Translations under genes and position numbers: made by a program
Part shown: piece after piece, positions 61,137 to 64,000 of the stretch
Position numbering within the stretch: the first letter of the stretch is position 1
Layout of the letters: each line of letters opens with the position of its first letter
NCBI GenBank assembly: GCA_963745835.1
Contig: CAVUZH010000003.1
Span: 192,001-256,000, forward strand
DNA length: 64,000 bases
Reading direction: 5' to 3'
From: an uncultured delta proteobacterium
GTDB lineage: Bacteria > Desulfobacterota > Binatia > UBA9968
Notes under the pieces: generated by a model
Database searches by the model: none
Seen by the model: the letters and a program-made list of their open reading frames with translations, nothing else
Told to the model about the DNA's origin: nothing

Positions 61137-62012
61137 TCATCTTGCACCGCCCTTTGTCTCACGAAAGATCCTGGTGAAGCCGATGACTTTGATACTGATG
61201 TCGAAGATGCCATCTTTCCTCGCCGGCAGAGGCGGCGACGGCTTATGCACGAACGGAACTCGTTGGCCGGGAGATATCTCCTTCTCGATCCTAAAATATT
61301 CCGCTCTACCGGGATCATCGCGCCCGGGATGAAAATCGTTGTTCCAACGCCATGAATAGAGAACCTGCAGATCGACTCCGTAGACTCCCTGGGAAGATCT
61401 ATTTACCAGTTCGCCCGAAACCTCGCCGTCTTGGATCGCGATTTTTTCCAGTGCTAAGACTTGATCGGCTGTTTCTTTCAGTTGGGAAGGAAGTTCGATC
61501 ACCTTCGGCGCGGAAGCATCGGGCTTACCCGATAAGATCGCTTTCTGCTCAGCTTTTGCAGTCGCCTCTGGTTTCCCTTGTGCGTCGCCGCTCTTGGGCG
61601 CTTGTTTGTCAGTGGTCGTATCAGCCTTGGTCGGAGGCTTAGCCATCTCGCCGGGCTCGGTCTTGCGCTGCTCCTTTGCTAATCCATCCGGCTTTGCCTT
61701 TTCGGCTTTGAGCCGATTGATTCTACTGATGACGGATGCGTATTCGAGGGACCGGATCACTTCCGGCCCTGCACCTAGCTTGCTGAACTTAAGCTTCAAA
61801 TCATCGGTGAGCTCAAAATCTATCCCACGTCCTTTGATCAGGTCTTCCATTCGTTTTTGTGCCACACCTCCGTTTAACAGGTTCTCAATGTCCGAGCGCG
61901 ACAGTTCTTGCGCGAATCCGGGCGAAGACAACCCAAGGACAATCAACCAACCAACTACGATGGACAGCTTTACAACCGTTTTCGAGCGGTAATTGCCTGG
62001 TAATTCTTTCAT
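61137..62012 (-). CDS. Secreted protein: helical N-domain, Lys/Ala/Pro linker, Ig-like C-domain
   Basis: Signal peptide ending GFA-Q; C-terminal VSGELVNRS...EISPGQRVPF. Confidence 0.7.
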   Translation of the reverse strand: MKELPGNYRSKTVVKLSIVVGWLIVLGLSSPGFAQELSRSDIENLLNGGVAQKRMEDLIKGRGIDFELTDDLKLKFSKLGAGPEVIRSLEYASVISRINRLKAEKAKPDGLAKEQRKTEPGEMAKPPTKADTTTDKQAPKSGDAQGKPEATAKAEQKAILSGKPDASAPKVIELPSQLKETADQVLALEKIAIQDGEVSGELVNRSSQGVYGVDLQVLYSWRWNNDFHPGRDDPGRAEYFRIEKEISPGQRVPFVHKPSPPLPARKDGIFDISIKVIGFTRIFRETKGGAR

Positions 62013-62465
62013 ATGTCTATAAGCGAAAAATTGTCGACCGGGATGATCTGGTGCTGCGGCGAGCTGCGCAATCGAAAACAGAGAGTATTGTCGACATCAC
62101 ATTGGGAGTTTGTTGATTACTTGCGGGAAACGATTCGTTCCTCCGAAGCTATTCTTAGATCCCCTTTTTAGACTCATCATCATAGTTCCATGTAACAACT
62201 GCTCAGTGCTTGTGCTTAGCATAGGCGGGTGTACGTGGGCAAATCGTTTTTGCGAACGGAACGAGTCACGCAAACCGAAGCTACTAGAGTCACCGTACCA
62301 CCGACCCAGCAAATTAGCCTTTCAAAGGTGCCGGGACTCTTTAGTCCAAATTCGAATTCTCGAAGATAAGCGAGTTGTAGCAAGTTCGGTTCCAGTGAAA
62401 TTTGCAGCTAGCGGTCGGGATAGTGTAAGACTAAATCAAAACCGAAAGTATGAGGCGGCAATTTT

Positions 62466-63362
62466 ATGGCAATACGCATGGGTACGTCGGAACATGGCGG
62501 CACTTTCTACACCCAGGGAGCGGCATTCGCGGAGTTGTTCAATCGCGGCAGGGTCGAAGACAAGTGCATCGTCAAAACAACCGAAGCCAGCATTCACAAT
62601 GCGGAGCAACTGGACAGAGGCGAGCTAGAATTCGGTTTCATGGCTTCGAATTGGATCGGCCGAGCAAAAGATGGTGCGGCGCCATTCACACGCGAGATTG
62701 ACCTGCGCATGGTTGCGCCCGCGAATGTCGGGCCGATGTTTTTTGTCAAGCGCGCCGACTCGCCGATCCAAAGCATCGCGGAGTTCAAAGGTAAGCGCAT
62801 CGCTATCGGCACCAAGGGAAGCGGCATGGAACAACATGTGCAAACGATGTTCGCTGTGCTCGGAATCAAGTTAGACAGCTTCACGCCAGTGAATATGAGT
62901 TTCGCCGAAGGCGCTGATGAATTGATCGCCGGCAACATCGATGCGCAGTTCCAGCCACCCATTCCCAATCGTGTTATGACCGATCTGAGCCTGCGCGCCG
63001 ACATTCGCGTCATCCCTTATGCGCCTGGTCAACTGCCTAGGGTTGTCGGCGAAGTTCCATTCTACCGAAGCGTCATTATTGAAAAGGATGCGTTCCGGGG
63101 AGTGGTGGAAGATATCGCGCAGCTCGGGGTGGTCAATGTTTTGGTGACACATGCGCGGACGTCTGAAAGCATCGTTCACGACATGGCGCGGGCCATCGTT
63201 GATAATCTGGATAATCTGCCAAACATGAATCGCCTCTTCAGAGGCCTTAAAAGCCTGTTCGAGCCGCTCCGGATCGAGGGTCGCGCGGCGCTGGAATTCG
63301 GCGGCGTGCCGTTACATCCCGGAGCAATAAGAGCCTACACAGAAGCAGGTTGGTTGAAATAA
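62466..63362 (+). CDS. TAXI-family TRAP transporter solute-binding protein
   Basis: GTSEHGGTFY, SIHNA, FKGKRIAIGTKGSG, GNIDA, VPLHPGA..Y.E.G. Confidence 0.85.
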   Translation: MAIRMGTSEHGGTFYTQGAAFAELFNRGRVEDKCIVKTTEASIHNAEQLDRGELEFGFMASNWIGRAKDGAAPFTREIDLRMVAPANVGPMFFVKRADSPIQSIAEFKGKRIAIGTKGSGMEQHVQTMFAVLGIKLDSFTPVNMSFAEGADELIAGNIDAQFQPPIPNRVMTDLSLRADIRVIPYAPGQLPRVVGEVPFYRSVIIEKDAFRGVVEDIAQLGVVNVLVTHARTSESIVHDMARAIVDNLDNLPNMNRLFRGLKSLFEPLRIEGRAALEFGGVPLHPGAIRAYTEAGWLK

Positions 63363-63421
63363 CCGCCGACGAGATCCACCCCAAGTAGACGCATCGGTTG
63401 AGTGAATCCTCGCGTCGGCGG
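63363..63421. repeat. Imperfect inverted repeat/hairpin after the TAXI gene
   Basis: CCGCCGACG ... CGTCGGCGG with partial inner pairing. Confidence 0.35.
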
Positions 63422-63558
63422 CATCCCTCCGTTATTTTCATTCTAAGCTAACAGCGCGTTGCCTTGGCCAGATAACGCTTTCTCTGTAAGAGTAAACAAG
63501 AAGCGACAGAAACTCTCGTATCCGGTCATAACTCAGATGGAATCAGCAGCAGCAGGAG

Positions 63559-64000
63559 ATGGATCGCAATCTTATTTTTATAGCGGGGGCAAGCGGATAC
63601 ATCGGTGGACGCTTGCTGATGGTTCTGGAAGCAAAAGGCTACCGAGTCCGCTGCCTCGCGCGTCGTCCTGAGTATCTCCGGCCCCGTATCGGCCAGGCCA
63701 CCGAAGTTGTTGCCGGGGATGTCTTTGCCCCTGAAACTCTCGACGCCGCTTTGGGCGGCGTGGATCAGGCCTATTATCTCGTTCATTCCATGGGGAGCGC
63801 CGAGTCTTTCGAGAAACAGGACCGGATCGCCGCGCGCAACTTTGCCGCTTCCGCGCGGCGCGCTGGAGTACGTCGAATCATATACCTCGGTGGTTTGGGA
63901 AGCGGCGATGCGCTTTCCCCTCATTTGCGTAGCCGTCAAGAAGTCGGCAACATCTTGCGCGACGCCGGAGTACCAGTCATCGAATTGCGCGCTTCTATCG
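63559..64000 (+). CDS. YbjT-like atypical SDR/NAD(P)-binding protein (runs off the window)
   Basis: IFIAGASGYIGGRL, VRCLARR, AYYLVHSM, DRIAARNF, RIIYLGGLG, HLRSRQEVG, ELRASI. Confidence 0.88.
   Translation, partial: MDRNLIFIAGASGYIGGRLLMVLEAKGYRVRCLARRPEYLRPRIGQATEVVAGDVFAPETLDAALGGVDQAYYLVHSMGSAESFEKQDRIAARNFAASARRAGVRRIIYLGGLGSGDALSPHLRSRQEVGNILRDAGVPVIELRASI

Noticed and set aside
1-64000. rRNA, tRNA, CRISPR arrays, prophage genes
   Set aside because: None recognised by eye; the phage-tail-like genes are T6SS components.

Overview
A 64-kb bacterial window with three parts. (1) 1-12.8 kb is a catabolic/transport region: TctA/TctB, two DUF3891 paralogs, a xanthine-dehydrogenase-family Mo subunit, an amidohydrolase, an NMT1/SsuA-type ABC importer, YciI, a UbiD decarboxylase and a second binding protein. 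This content suggests an uncultured deltaproteobacterial/Binatia-like genome (inference). (2) 13.4-56.3 kb is a type VI secretion system (T6SS) locus with tssA,B,C,hcp,E,F,G,H,vgrG,K,L,M, tagJ, a PP2C phosphatase and two paralogous Ig-domain receptor Ser/Thr kinases. No tssJ is visible, and TssM has an N-terminal FHA domain and a shortened C-terminus. The most unusual element is three copies (two near full-length, one fragment) of a Rickettsia-PKMT-like protein-lysine methyltransferase plus a YkgJ/FliB-like Cys-cluster protein. They lie between hcp and tssE and inside or after the VgrG-DUF6484-TIGR02270-DUF2169-thiolase-like-DUF4150 spike cassette. Reading across frameshifts reveals a PAAR-like effector with a YwqJ-type deaminase tip and a probable immunity gene, both missed by the ORF track. 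Further features are a Y1/RAYT transposase insertion and candidate orphan effectors. (3) 56.5-64 kb holds an envelope cluster (PEGA, CsgG-SH3, cpoB, pal, TPR lipoprotein), a TAXI binding protein and a truncated SDR gene. Many genes carry single-base indels that are probably long-read errors, so their coordinates are reconstructed by eye. All family calls come from motif recognition, not database searches.
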